From the NCBI GenBank assembly GCA_963818475.1, contig CAWFSF010000005.1:480001-544000 (forward strand): DNA of 64,000 nucleotides. Reading direction: 5' to 3'. Position numbers and translations under genes: made by a program. This DNA comes from Nitrospirota bacterium (GTDB lineage: Bacteria; Nitrospirota; UBA9217). The notes beneath the pieces are model-generated. The model did no database searches. It was not told the origin of the DNA and worked only from the letters and a program-made list of their open reading frames with translations. Shown one piece after another: positions 10,946 to 20,299 of this stretch (position 1 is its first letter; each line of letters opens with the position of its first letter).

Positions 10946-11320
10946 CACAGATGCGTCCGGTCCATCTCGAACGCGTTCTGGATGAGCTCCACCTGCTGTT
11001 CGTTTGCCGTGCTGATCGCCACCACATCGAAGCGGCACGGCATCTGGTGAAGCTTTTTTACTTTGATGTAACCGAGCGCCGCCTTGATCATCCGCTGCTG
11101 CTTGCGATGATTGACGGCAAGTTCCGGCGCGCCGAAGGCGTCGCTCGACCGGGTCTTCACCTCGACGAACGCCACGGTCCCCTGGTGCAGGGCGATCAGG
11201 TCGATCTCGCCGCTGCGCGTGCTGTAATTGCGCTCCAGGATCCGGTATCCCCTGCTGACCAGGATACCGGGCGGCCCGGTCCTCGCCGGTCCTGCCGAGC
11301 AGCTTTCCGAGCAGGCTCAT
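10945..11320 (-). CDS. yraN: YraN family endonuclease-like protein (frameshifted)
   Basis: GYRILERNY...GEIDLIA...FVEVKTR...CRFDVVAI; follows rnhB. Confidence 0.88.
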
Positions 11321-11961
11321 CGTCCCGCGTCCTTCAGCATCTGCGCCACCGGATTGAAGGTCCTCCGGTGCGCGTCACAGGGCCCGTGCTCCCGGATCAG
11401 GGCCAGATGCTCCCTGGTCCCGTAGCCTTTATGTTTTTGAAAATTGTACTGAGGAAACTTTTCATGAAGCGCCAGCATCAGCCGGTCCCGGGTCACCTTC
11501 GCAAGGATCGAGGCGGCCGCGATGCTGTGGCTGCGGCAATCGCCCTTGATCAGCGGATTCTGCGGCAGCGGTACGCGCTTCAGGGTAAGCGCGTCGATGA
11601 GCAGGTAATCGGGGCGGGGAGAGAGCTGCTCAAGGGCCCGCTCCATGGCAATGATGGTCGCCTGCAGGATGTTCACGTCGTCGATGGTGCGCTCGTCGAC
11701 AATGCCGATGCCGTAGCAGACCGCCTGCGCGCGGATCACGTCGAAAAGCCGTTCCCGCTCCGGCTCGGACACCTGCTTGGAATCGGTCAGCCCCGGAATG
11801 AGCAGCCCCTCGGGAAGGACCACCGCGGCGGCAACAACCGGCCCTGCCAGCGGTCCCCTGCCGGCCTCGTCCAGGCCGGCAATGCAGCGAATACCCGGAA
11901 GCGCGGGCGCTCCGCTCGAAGAAGAGAGGATCGCACGCCAGTCCGTTGCCGAAGAGGTCAT
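11317..11961 (-). CDS. rnhB: Ribonuclease HII
   Basis: [25 protein letters not shown]...[20 protein letters not shown]. Confidence 0.95.
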   Translation of the reverse strand: MTSSATDWRAILSSSSGAPALPGIRCIAGLDEAGRGPLAGPVVAAAVVLPEGLLIPGLTDSKQVSEPERERLFDVIRAQAVCYGIGIVDERTIDDVNILQATIIAMERALEQLSPRPDYLLIDALTLKRVPLPQNPLIKGDCRSHSIAAASILAKVTRDRLMLALHEKFPQYNFQKHKGYGTREHLALIREHGPCDAHRRTFNPVAQMLKDAGR

Positions 11962-12156
11962 CGCGTACGGTCTGTGTGCGGTTCATGCTTGCGGCGCAGG
12001 CCACGAGGCATAGCAACCTCATTCGGGGATAAATGTAAAATAGCAAATCCCAAATAGACTCGCGTAGCCAGGCTCCGGTCACAGCAACAGGGAGTCCGGT
12101 ACTCGATATTTGGGATCTGCTTGGCTGCTGGTGCGTGTACTGCGCGGAACGAGATG

Positions 12157-12564
12157 CTACTTCTGCTCCGTTGCCTCAGGCTCCGCCGCGGCTGCGATGC
12201 GCCGGCTACGGATGCATAGACGCGCTCTTTTTCCTTGATCCTGGCAGCCTTGCCGCGCAGATCTCTGAGGAAGTAGAGCTTTGCCCGCCGGACCTTGCCC
12301 TGCTTGGCCACTTCGATCTTGTCGATCATGGGCGAGTGGACCGGGAACAACCGCTCGACGCCCACGCCGTAGGACAGTTTCCGCACGCGGATGCAGCTCG
12401 CGCACGCCTGCGCCCTGGCGGCCGATCACCACGCCCTCGTAGACCTGGATACGTTCCTTGTCGCCTTCGACGACCTTCGCATGCACGCGGATGGTGTCGC
12501 CCACGCGGAAGCTCGGGATTCCTTCTTTGACCTGTGCTTTTTCCAGCGCTTGAATAATGTTCAT
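12157..12564 (-). CDS. rplS: 50S ribosomal protein L19 (indels)
   Basis: [29 protein letters not shown]; [18 protein letters not shown]...[13 protein letters not shown]. Confidence 0.93.
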   Translation of the reverse strand: MNIIQALEKAQVKEGIPSFRVGDTIRVHAKVVEGDKERIQVYEGVVIGRQGAGVRELHPRAETVLRRGRRAVVPGPLAHDRQDRSGQAGQGPAGKALLPQRSARQGCQDQGKRARLCIRSRRIAAAAEPEATEQK

Positions 12565-12668
12565 TGAAGCCTCCCTTTAAATCTAAAAGCATTATTGCAA
12601 AATGTAAATTGTAAAGTTCAAATTTCAAATTGAAAAGGACGATCCCTTTGCATTTTGCACTTTGCACT

Positions 12669-13444
12669 TTACATTTTGACCTCGTTTTTGAGATCCTCTA
12701 CTATCTTCCGGTCCTCGTCATCGAGATCAGCCGTTGCCAGGAGCTCCGGCCGTTTCATGAGCGTGGCCCGGAGCGCTTCGCGCCGCCGCCACTTCTCGAT
12801 CTCGGCGTGATTGCCGCCGAGCAGCACTTCCGGGACCTTCATCCCGCGGAACTCGGCAGGCCGCGTATAGTGCGGGTGGTCCAGCAGCCCGTCGCCGAAG
12901 GAATCGCGGTAGGACGACTCTTCGTCGCCCAGCACTCCCGGAAGGAGCCGTGCCGCCGCATCGATCACCACCAGCGCCGCCAGTTCACCGCCGGTCAGGA
13001 CATAGTCGCCGATCGAAAGTTCTTCGTCGACCAGCGCCGATGCACACGCTCATCGATGGCCTCGTAGTGGCCGCAGAGCAGAACGATCCTGCGCGTTTCT
13101 TCGGAAAGCCGCTCTGCCTGATGCTGGTCGAGAAGCCTGCCCTGCGGCGAAAGCAGGATCGTCAGGAACGGCTCTCCGGGATGTTCCGCTTTCAACGCTT
13201 CGAAGGCCTTGAAGATCGGCTCGGGCTTCAGCACCATGCCGGCGCCGCCTCCGTAGGGGCTGTCGTCTGCGGTCCGGTGCTTGTCTTCGGTATAGTCCCT
13301 GATGTTCCGGAGCGTTACGCTGAGCAGCCCTTTTTCCCGGCCCCGCTTCAGGATGCTCTCGTTCAGCGGGCCTTCGAGGATCCCCGGGAACAGGGTGAGC
13401 ACCTCGAAGTTCAATCTGCGCATGGCCGGTGCACGTTCACTCAT
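12669..13444 (-). CDS. trmD: tRNA (guanine-N1)-methyltransferase (frameshift near 13040)
   Basis: [46 protein letters not shown]...[10 protein letters not shown]. Confidence 0.95.
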
Positions 13445-13947
13445 AGTTCCATCAGGCCGTCCATCAGGTGGATGACCATCCGCTTCGCCTGCCGGTCGAC
13501 CTGCTTCATCACTTCGCGTATGGCAGGGAGGTAGATCTCTCTCTTCCCCTGCTTCATGACATAGATATCGTTGCTGCCGGTCTCGAAGATATCGACGATG
13601 GTCCCGAGCTTTTCGCCTTCCTCGGACACGACCTCCATGCCGATGAGTTCGTACCAGTAGTACCGGCCTTCCGGCAGCGGCATCGTTTCTTGCTCCGGGA
13701 CCTTGAGGAACCAGCCGTTCAGCGTCTTTGCCTGTTCCGGCGAGTCGTAGCCCTTGAACAGCAGATAGGGCACCCCGCCGGCATACCGCACTGACCGAAC
13801 CGTAACCGCGAGCTCTTTTCCCGCAGGCGAGACCAGGTAAACGCTTTTCAGGTTCTTGAACCGCTCGGGGAAATCCGTCAGGGACTCGATCTTCATCTCG
13901 CCCTTGACGCCGAAAGGTTTCACTGCTTTGCCGATCGTTATGAGCAT
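13441..13947 (-). CDS. rimM: 16S rRNA processing protein RimM
   Basis: IGKAVKPFGVKGE...YYWYELIG...ETGSNDIYV; operon context. Confidence 0.93.
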   Translation of the reverse strand: MLITIGKAVKPFGVKGEMKIESLTDFPERFKNLKSVYLVSPAGKELAVTVRSVRYAGGVPYLLFKGYDSPEQAKTLNGWFLKVPEQETMPLPEGRYYWYELIGMEVVSEEGEKLGTIVDIFETGSNDIYVMKQGKREIYLPAIREVMKQVDRQAKRMVIHLMDGLMEL

Positions 13948-14043
13948 AGTACTGCCGAGCCGCGTGTACACTCGAAAAAAACCGGATGCAGGGCAGTTTG
14001 CGATTTTTATTCCGCAATCCGAAATCCGCAATCCGAAATTGTC

Positions 14044-14310
14044 TTACTTCGCTGCTTCGGCGTGCAGTTTCATGACCCCGACCTTCGACAGCAGGGTCTT
14101 TACCGTATCGGAGGGCTGTGCGCCCTTCTTGAGCCAGTCGAGGGCCTTGGTCTGGTCAACCTTGATCTCCGCCGGCTTCTTGAGCGGATCGTAGGTGCCG
14201 ACCATCTCGATAAAGCGGCCGTCACGCGGCGACCGGGAATCTGCCACCACCAGACGGTAGTAGGGCTTCTTGTGGGTCCCCATTCTCTTCAGTCTGATCT
14301 TTACAGCCAT
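14044..14310 (-). CDS. rpsP: 30S ribosomal protein S16
   Basis: [11 protein letters not shown]...[25 protein letters not shown]. Confidence 0.97.
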   Translation of the reverse strand: MAVKIRLKRMGTHKKPYYRLVVADSRSPRDGRFIEMVGTYDPLKKPAEIKVDQTKALDWLKKGAQPSDTVKTLLSKVGVMKLHAEAAK

Positions 14311-14335
14311 GTGCTCACCTCTCTCGTTATAAAAA

Positions 14336-14467
14336 AAATCCTAAATTACAAATAACAAATCCCAAATAATACTCAAATTCCAAATTTCAATTTCCGAAAC
14401 GTTTGAAGTTTGCTCTTCGTGATTTGGAATTTATTTGCTATTTGATGCTTGTTGCTTGAAGTTTACC
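14336..14467. repeat. 7-mer periodic palindromic intergenic element
   Basis: ctaaattacaaataacaaatcccaaat...aaacgttt...atttggaatttatttg; homologous to 8949-9060. Confidence 0.65.
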
Positions 14468-14468
14468 T

Positions 14469-15809
14469 CTAAAACGGCATCCTGCCGCCAAGCATCTTGC
14501 CCATCTTTCCCATCTTGCCGCTCGTCATGGACTTCATCATCTTGCGCATCTCGGCGAACTGCTTCAGCAGCCGGTTCACGTCCTGCACCTGGGTGCCGCT
14601 GCCCTTGGCGATGCGCAGCCCGGCGGCTGCCGTTGATGACCGTGTAATCGGCCCGTTCCTTGGGGGTCATGGAGCTGATGATCGCCTCGACCCGTCCCAG
14701 TTCCTTCTCGTTCACCTGGCGTCTCGGGCAGCTTCATCTTGCTCATCCCCGGGATCATGCCCATGATCTGACTCGATTCCGCCCAGCTTTTTCACCTGCT
14801 TCAGCTGGTTCCGGAAGTCGTCGAGGTCGAAGGAGTTCTTCTTGAGCTTCTTCGCAAGCTTGAGCGCCTCTTCCTGATCAACGTGCTCCTGCGCCTTCTC
14901 GATGAGCGACATGACGTCGCCCATGCCGAGGATGCGCGAGGCCATGCGGTCCGGATAGAACGGTTCGAGCGCATCGAGCTTTTCGCCCATGCCCACGAAC
15001 TTGAGCGGCTTGCCGGTGACCGCCCTGACCGAAAGCGCCGCGCCGCCGCGGGCATCGCCGTCGAGCTTGGTCAGCACCACCCCGTCGAATCCGATGGTCG
15101 GCGTTGAACTTCTCGGCGATGTTCACGGCTTCCTGGCCGGTCATGGCGTCGGCCACGAACAGGATCTCATGGGGCTTGACCCCGGCCTTGATCTGCCGGA
15201 GCTCCTCCATGAGCAGCTCGTCTATCTGAAGCCTGCCCGCGGTGTCGAGGATAACGACCTCGAACAGGGAGGCAGTCGGCCTGCTTTACCGCTGCGCGGC
15301 AGATCGCGACCGGGTCCTGGTCGTCCGATGCAAAGGCATCGACCCCGACCTGCTTCGCCAGGGTCATGAGCTGCTGGATCGCCGCCGGCCTGCGCGTGTC
15401 CGCCGGAACCAGGAGCACCCGGCGTCCGTCCTTTTTAAAGGACTTGGCCAGCTTGCCCGCGGTCGTTGTTTTACCCGATCCCTGAAGGCCGACCATCATG
15501 ATGACCGTGGGCGGGTTCGGGGACAGATGGAGCTTTGCCTGCGTGCCGCCCAGAAGCGCCACGAGTTCCTCGTGGACGACCTTGACGACCTGCTGACCCG
15601 GGGTGAGGCTGCCGAGGATCTCACTGGCCGACAGCCCGTTCCTGAACGCGGCCGATAAAGTCCTTGACGACCTTGAAGTTGACGTCAGCTTCAAGGAGCG
15701 CAAGACGCACCTCGCGCAGCGCTTCCTTTACATCGTCTTCCTTAAGGACGCCCCTGCCTCGAAGCTTCTTGAAAACAGACTCTAATTTACCGCTTAAGGA
15801 ATCGAACAT
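14469..15809 (-). CDS. ffh: Signal recognition particle protein Ffh (multiple indels)
   Basis: [73 protein letters not shown]. Confidence 0.95.
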
Positions 15810-15839
15810 GGAAATCACCTGCTCTGAAAAAGAATGTTG

Positions 15840-15868
15840 AATATATAAGATAAGGCCATTATTGTCAA
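15840..15868 (-). promoter_or_regulatory. sigma70 promoter of the ffh operon
   Basis: TTGACA-17-TATATT on the minus strand. Confidence 0.6.
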
Positions 15869-15965
15869 GGATTTTCTCTCTCGGGCATCATTCAACGGAT
15901 ATTCGCCCTGTTTTTTACTCGCGAAAAAACCGCCCGGCCAGCTAGTTTCATAGTTTATATTTATA

Positions 15966-15994
15966 TTGACTATAAGCAAACCTGCAATTATAAT
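15966..15994 (+). promoter_or_regulatory. sigma70 promoter of the rhodanese gene
   Basis: TTGACT-17-TATAAT. Confidence 0.7.
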
Positions 15995-16123
15995 ATGAGC
16001 TACTAATTGTAACGTTAAACTGCTAGGCGGTGATACCTTCTTAAGCGGTAATACAGAAACAACGGTTTAACCTGCAGAATTTGTAGCGAAATCCGCCGCA
16101 AGGCGACACCAAGGGAGGAACAT

Positions 16124-17548
16124 ATGTTGCGAAAAAGCTTTCACAGCATCACCTGCGCAACAGCACTGGCAATCGGTCTGACCATGACCGCTGGTCAGGT
16201 CTTTGCGCAGGAAAAAGCCGCAGCTCCGGCAGCTCCGCAGGCCAAGCCCACCATGGCCAAGATCTGCTCCAACTGCCACCAGCCCGAGGTTGCCAGCCTC
16301 AGGGGCAGCTTTGACAGCGTATGCATACAAGACCCAGTCCATACAGATCAAGATCGATGAAGCGGTCGAGATCCTCCGGTTCGACAAGAACACTCTGAAG
16401 GTCGCTAACGTCAAGCCGGACCCCGCGAACCCGTCGGAACCGCTCCGGGAGATCAAGAAAGGGCAAAGAGGTCCGCGTCGAATATACCGAAAAGGACGGC
16501 AAAAAGTTCGCCACCCTCGTCGTCGCCAAGCCGCCTATCAAGGTTGCTCCGGAGAAGCTCATGAGCACGGCCGACGTTGAAAAGCTCGTCGCCCTGGGCT
16601 CCGAGAAAGGCAAGTACCTGCTCATTGATGCACGGCCTGCGCCCAAGTTCATGGAAGGCGCCATCCCCACGGCCATCAACATCCCCTTCCCTGCCTTCGA
16701 AAAGATGGCAGACAAACTCCCTGCGGACAAGAGCGCGCTCATCGTCTACTACTGCGCAGGCATGACCTGAGCCATGAGCCCTAACTCCGCCGGTCGGGCG
16801 GAAAAGCTCGGATATACCAATGTAAAAGTGTACCACGAAGGACTTCCCGAATGGACCAAAAGGAACTACACGGTGCTCTCCGCGCAGTTCCTGAAAGAAG
16901 CATATATCGATAAAGACCTCCCGAACGTGCTGCTCGACGTCCGGCCCGCCGCAGTTGCCAAAAAGGGCTTCATCAAGGGCGCGGTCACGCTTCCAGCTGC
17001 AGAGATAGCAGCCAACCTGGCGAAATTCCCGCCCAAGGACAAGAAACCGCCGATCATCATCGTTGACGAAAACGGCGGGGACGATGCAAAGTCCGCCGCG
17101 AAATCGCTCATTTCCGCGGGATATACCAGCGTAACGATCATGACCGGCGGCATGAACGCGTGGAAAGCAGCCGCTTTCCCGATCGAGACCGGCGCCCTGG
17201 CCACGAACATCGTTTATGTTCCCAAGCCGAGACCCGGCGAGATCGCCATGGACGACTTCAAAAAGATCGCATCAAATATCCCGGCCGACACGGTCATCAT
17301 CGACGTGCGCAGCCAGGAAGAAGCGAATGCCGGCATGATCAAAGGCGCCAAGGTCGTACCGGATGCAGTGATCCTCGACCGGCTGGCAGAGGTCCCGAAG
17401 GACAAGCAGATCGTCACCTACTGCAACACCGGCGTGCAAGCAGAAATGGCATACCACAAGTTGAAGGAAAAAGGCTACAACGTGAAGTTCCTGAACGCCA
17501 GGGTCGCGTTCGACGATGCCGGGAACTATACGACTAGAAAAACCCTGA
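16124..17548 (+). CDS. Exported monoheme (CxxCH) triple-rhodanese protein, probable selenoprotein (Sec at TGA 16768-16770)
   Basis: Signal peptide, CSNCH, three rhodanese domains (IDARP...YYCAGMT-UGA-AMS; LDVRP; IDVRS...YCNTG); ORFs 16561..16770 and 16774.. share a frame; indels near 16325, 16460 and 17535. Confidence 0.8.
16777..16809 (+). promoter_or_regulatory. Putative bacterial SECIS element
   Basis: Lower stem gagc/gctc and apical stem TCCGCC-ggtcg-GGCGGA; G-starting loop 21 nt after the UGA. Confidence 0.65.
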
Positions 17549-17582
17549 CCCCGCTGCGGATCATACATGCCCCCCCCTCCCG

Positions 17583-17623
17583 CCCCGGACGGCTGCTTTC
17601 TAGCCTCCGGGGTTTTCTTTTTT
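17583..17623 (+). terminator. Rho-independent terminator
   Basis: ccccgga...tccgggg followed by ttttcttttt. Confidence 0.7.
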
Positions 17624-17729
17624 GCACACGGGAAAACGTTGGGACAGGGTTTATTTTTCTCAGCCATCGTGGTATCATACTGCCCAGTTCGATAGATGGT
17701 CTCTGCACGACCAGGACGAGGAGGCACTC

Positions 17730-18188
17730 ATGAGGTATACTGCGCGGCATCTGATCCTGTTCTCTGCCATTCTTCTTGTAGGAATTCCCACGGCAGTTTT
17801 TTCCCAGCATTCCGTTCCCCCTGCTGCGCACGCTGCAACCGTCCAGTCCGGCGCAAATCCGCTCATCGAGGAAATGATGATCCTCGACCGTGCGTTCCGC
17901 GATATTGTATCAGCCGTCTCCCTCGGCGACGCCGATGCCGTGAGCAAGGCGCTTGAACCGATGCACGGGACCATGGAAAAAACTCACGAAGGCGTTCGCG
18001 CAGGCACGGTGACCCTCCGCAAGAATGCCGTTCGCATCAAGGAATTCAAAACCATAGACCTTGCGTTCCATGCAAAACTCGAAGCCCTCGCCCGCGCGGC
18101 TCACCACAAAAATCAAAAAGAAATGCTCAGGATCACCAAACAGCTGCTTGAGGGATGCGTGCAGTGCCATTCGAAATTCAGGCCCTAG
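17730..18188 (+). CDS. Periplasmic cytochrome c, class II / c'-like four-helix bundle
   Basis: Signal peptide, helical body, C-terminal CVQCH; GAGGAGG RBS. Confidence 0.8.
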   Translation: MRYTARHLILFSAILLVGIPTAVFSQHSVPPAAHAATVQSGANPLIEEMMILDRAFRDIVSAVSLGDADAVSKALEPMHGTMEKTHEGVRAGTVTLRKNAVRIKEFKTIDLAFHAKLEALARAAHHKNQKEMLRITKQLLEGCVQCHSKFRP

Positions 18189-18301
18189 CCGAACTTCGCT
18201 GATCAAAACATCGCTCCCCTCCCTACCCGGACTGCATGGCAGATTCCGCCGGTTCCTGAAAACTTTTTTTGCTTTCTCCCGCGGTTCGGTTATAATGGCC
18301 C

Positions 18302-19297
18302 ATGCAAATTCGGAATATCCTGATCAATAATCCACTCGTGCTGGCGCCCATGGCCGGCATTACCGACTTTCCCTTCCGCAGGATCTGCAAGGAAATGGGC
18401 GCGGGCCTTGTGTTCTCCGAGATGGTGAGCGTCGAAGCGCTGATCCGGGAACACAAGCGCACCCACGGCATGCTGCATACCGATCCGGCCGAGCGGCCGG
18501 TGGTGTTCCAGATCTTCGGATCAAAACCTGCGTCCATGGCCGAAGCCGCGCATATCGTGTCGCAGGGAGCGGTCGATTTCATCGACATCAACATGGGATG
18601 TCCGGTGCCCAAGATCCTGAAAAGCGGCGCCGGATCAGCGCTGCTGCGCGACATCGGGCTCGCAAAAGATATCATGGCCGCTGTCGTGGGCGCCTCAAAA
18701 GTGCCCGTAACGGTCAAGATCCGCCTCGGGTGGGACGCGCGGAACATCGTTGCCGTTGATATGGCACAGGCTGCGGAAGCGGCCGGCATTGCCGCCGTGA
18801 CCGTCCATGGCAGGACCAAGGTACAGGGTTTCTCGGGCCAGGCTGACTGGAACATGATCCGGACCGTAAAACGGTCGGTAAACATTCCGGTGATCGGGAA
18901 CGGCGATGTCCGCACGGCGCAGGATGCGAAGCGCCTCATGGACGAGACCGGCTGCGACGGCGTTATGATCGGCAGGGCGATCCAGGGATACCCCTGGATC
19001 TTCCGCGAGGCAAAGCACTACCTCGAAACAGGCATGGTGCCTGCGGCCCCGTCCCTGGAAGAACGCCAAGCGGTCATGCTCCGCCATCTGCACGACATGG
19101 CCTGCCTGGTGGGCGAAGATGTCGGCGTGCGCGAGATGCGCAAGCACCTCTGCTGGTATACGAAAGGCCTGCACGACGGCGCCGAGTTCAGAACGAGGAT
19201 CAACCATCTGGTTCGGGTCAATGATACGAAACGGGCAATCGAGGATTTTTTTGCCGCCCTGGGTGAGAGCGCCATGGCGACGCAGCACGTATCGTAG
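18302..19297 (+). CDS. dusB: tRNA-dihydrouridine synthase B
   Basis: LAPMAGITD, IDINMGCP, VTVKIRLGWD, VHGRT, GNGDV, GVMIGR. Confidence 0.93.
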   Translation: MQIRNILINNPLVLAPMAGITDFPFRRICKEMGAGLVFSEMVSVEALIREHKRTHGMLHTDPAERPVVFQIFGSKPASMAEAAHIVSQGAVDFIDINMGCPVPKILKSGAGSALLRDIGLAKDIMAAVVGASKVPVTVKIRLGWDARNIVAVDMAQAAEAAGIAAVTVHGRTKVQGFSGQADWNMIRTVKRSVNIPVIGNGDVRTAQDAKRLMDETGCDGVMIGRAIQGYPWIFREAKHYLETGMVPAAPSLEERQAVMLRHLHDMACLVGEDVGVREMRKHLCWYTKGLHDGAEFRTRINHLVRVNDTKRAIEDFFAALGESAMATQHVS

Positions 19298-19345
19298 GTA
19301 GTTAGATGCTCCGTCCCCCCATCCGGGACAACAGGAGTGGTCGGC

Positions 19346-19732
19346 ATGTCAGCGAATAACCGGGGGCCGCAGAACGACAAACAGGACCAGCTCGTCGCCG
19401 AAGCGCGACGCAGCCGCGAACTGCGCGAGAAGGACTACCGCGAACAGACGCTCAAACTCTACCCGCATATTTGTGCGCGCTGCGGCCGCGAATTCGAAGG
19501 CAAAAAGCTTCGCGAGCTCACCGTCCACCACAAGGACCACAACCACGACAACAATCCCCCTGACGGCAGCAACTGGGAGCTGCTCTGCCTCTACTGTCAC
19601 GACAATGAACACCAGACCTATCTGGACGAGGAGACTTTCAGCGATGCAACTCCCGGCAAAGGACAAAAACCCGCTCGCCTGCACAAGCCCTTCGCCGCGC
19701 TTGAGGAACTGTTGAAAGATAAAAAGAAGTAG
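19346..19732 (+). CDS. yajD: YajD-family HNH nuclease
   Basis: CARCGREF...LRELTVHHKDHNHDNNPPDGSNWELLCLYCHDNEH. Confidence 0.9.
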   Translation: MSANNRGPQNDKQDQLVAEARRSRELREKDYREQTLKLYPHICARCGREFEGKKLRELTVHHKDHNHDNNPPDGSNWELLCLYCHDNEHQTYLDEETFSDATPGKGQKPARLHKPFAALEELLKDKKK

Positions 19733-19837
19733 GAAAAAAGCGCCGTGCCTGCGCGGTCACCCGTGACTGCCACGGAATCTTCACCCCAAAAAAACCCTCG
19801 TCTCAAGAGTAAACCTTTTTGAATAATTACCTGCTTT

Positions 19838-20009
19838 ATCCTAAAAACGGCGGTAGGACGCTGATTTCCGCAGATAAAGCGGCGTTATTCAGGCAAACTT
19901 TTACCGCAAGGGTGAGTCTTTCCTTATTTAGAATCAAAAAACTTCTTTTGTCTGTCTTTATCTGCGTTCATCAGATTTTATCTGCGTCCAAATGCTTTTT
20001 CCGGTTCAT
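19838..20009 (+). repeat. Dispersed MITE-like repeat, copy C
   Basis: atcctaaaaacgg...cgcagataaa...ggtgagt...atctgcgttcatcagattttatctgcgtccaaatgctttttccggttca. Confidence 0.7.
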
Positions 20010-20299
20010 GACTGACCTGAAAGCCGGTCAAAATGCGTTCCTGTTTTATAAGGAACAGGCATGGAAAAGAAAGACCCCATGATTGCCGCCTAATCCTACG
20101 CATTTGCTATAATAATTGCAGATTGTAACTTATTCAGCACACCTGAATTCAGAAAAGCTTATACCAAAGAAAAACCTTTTTCCTCCGCAGATTTCGTAGA
20201 TGGACACAGATTTTAAAATAACAATCAGTTCGATTTAATCTGTGTAACCTGCGGATCCTATATTGACCTGAGTAGTTACTGCAGATTTACATTAACAGA

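Noticed and set aside
7718-15809. Pseudogenisation or programmed frameshifting of rpsA, rimO, rplS, trmD and ffh
   Set aside because: These are mostly essential genes with intact motifs on both sides of each break and no consistent slippery sites; sequencing indels are far more parsimonious
19819-20082. ORFs such as 19819..20082, 7495..7812 and 61837..62073
   Set aside because: They are translations of the MITE-like repeats (ICVHQI/SASICV patterns), not genes
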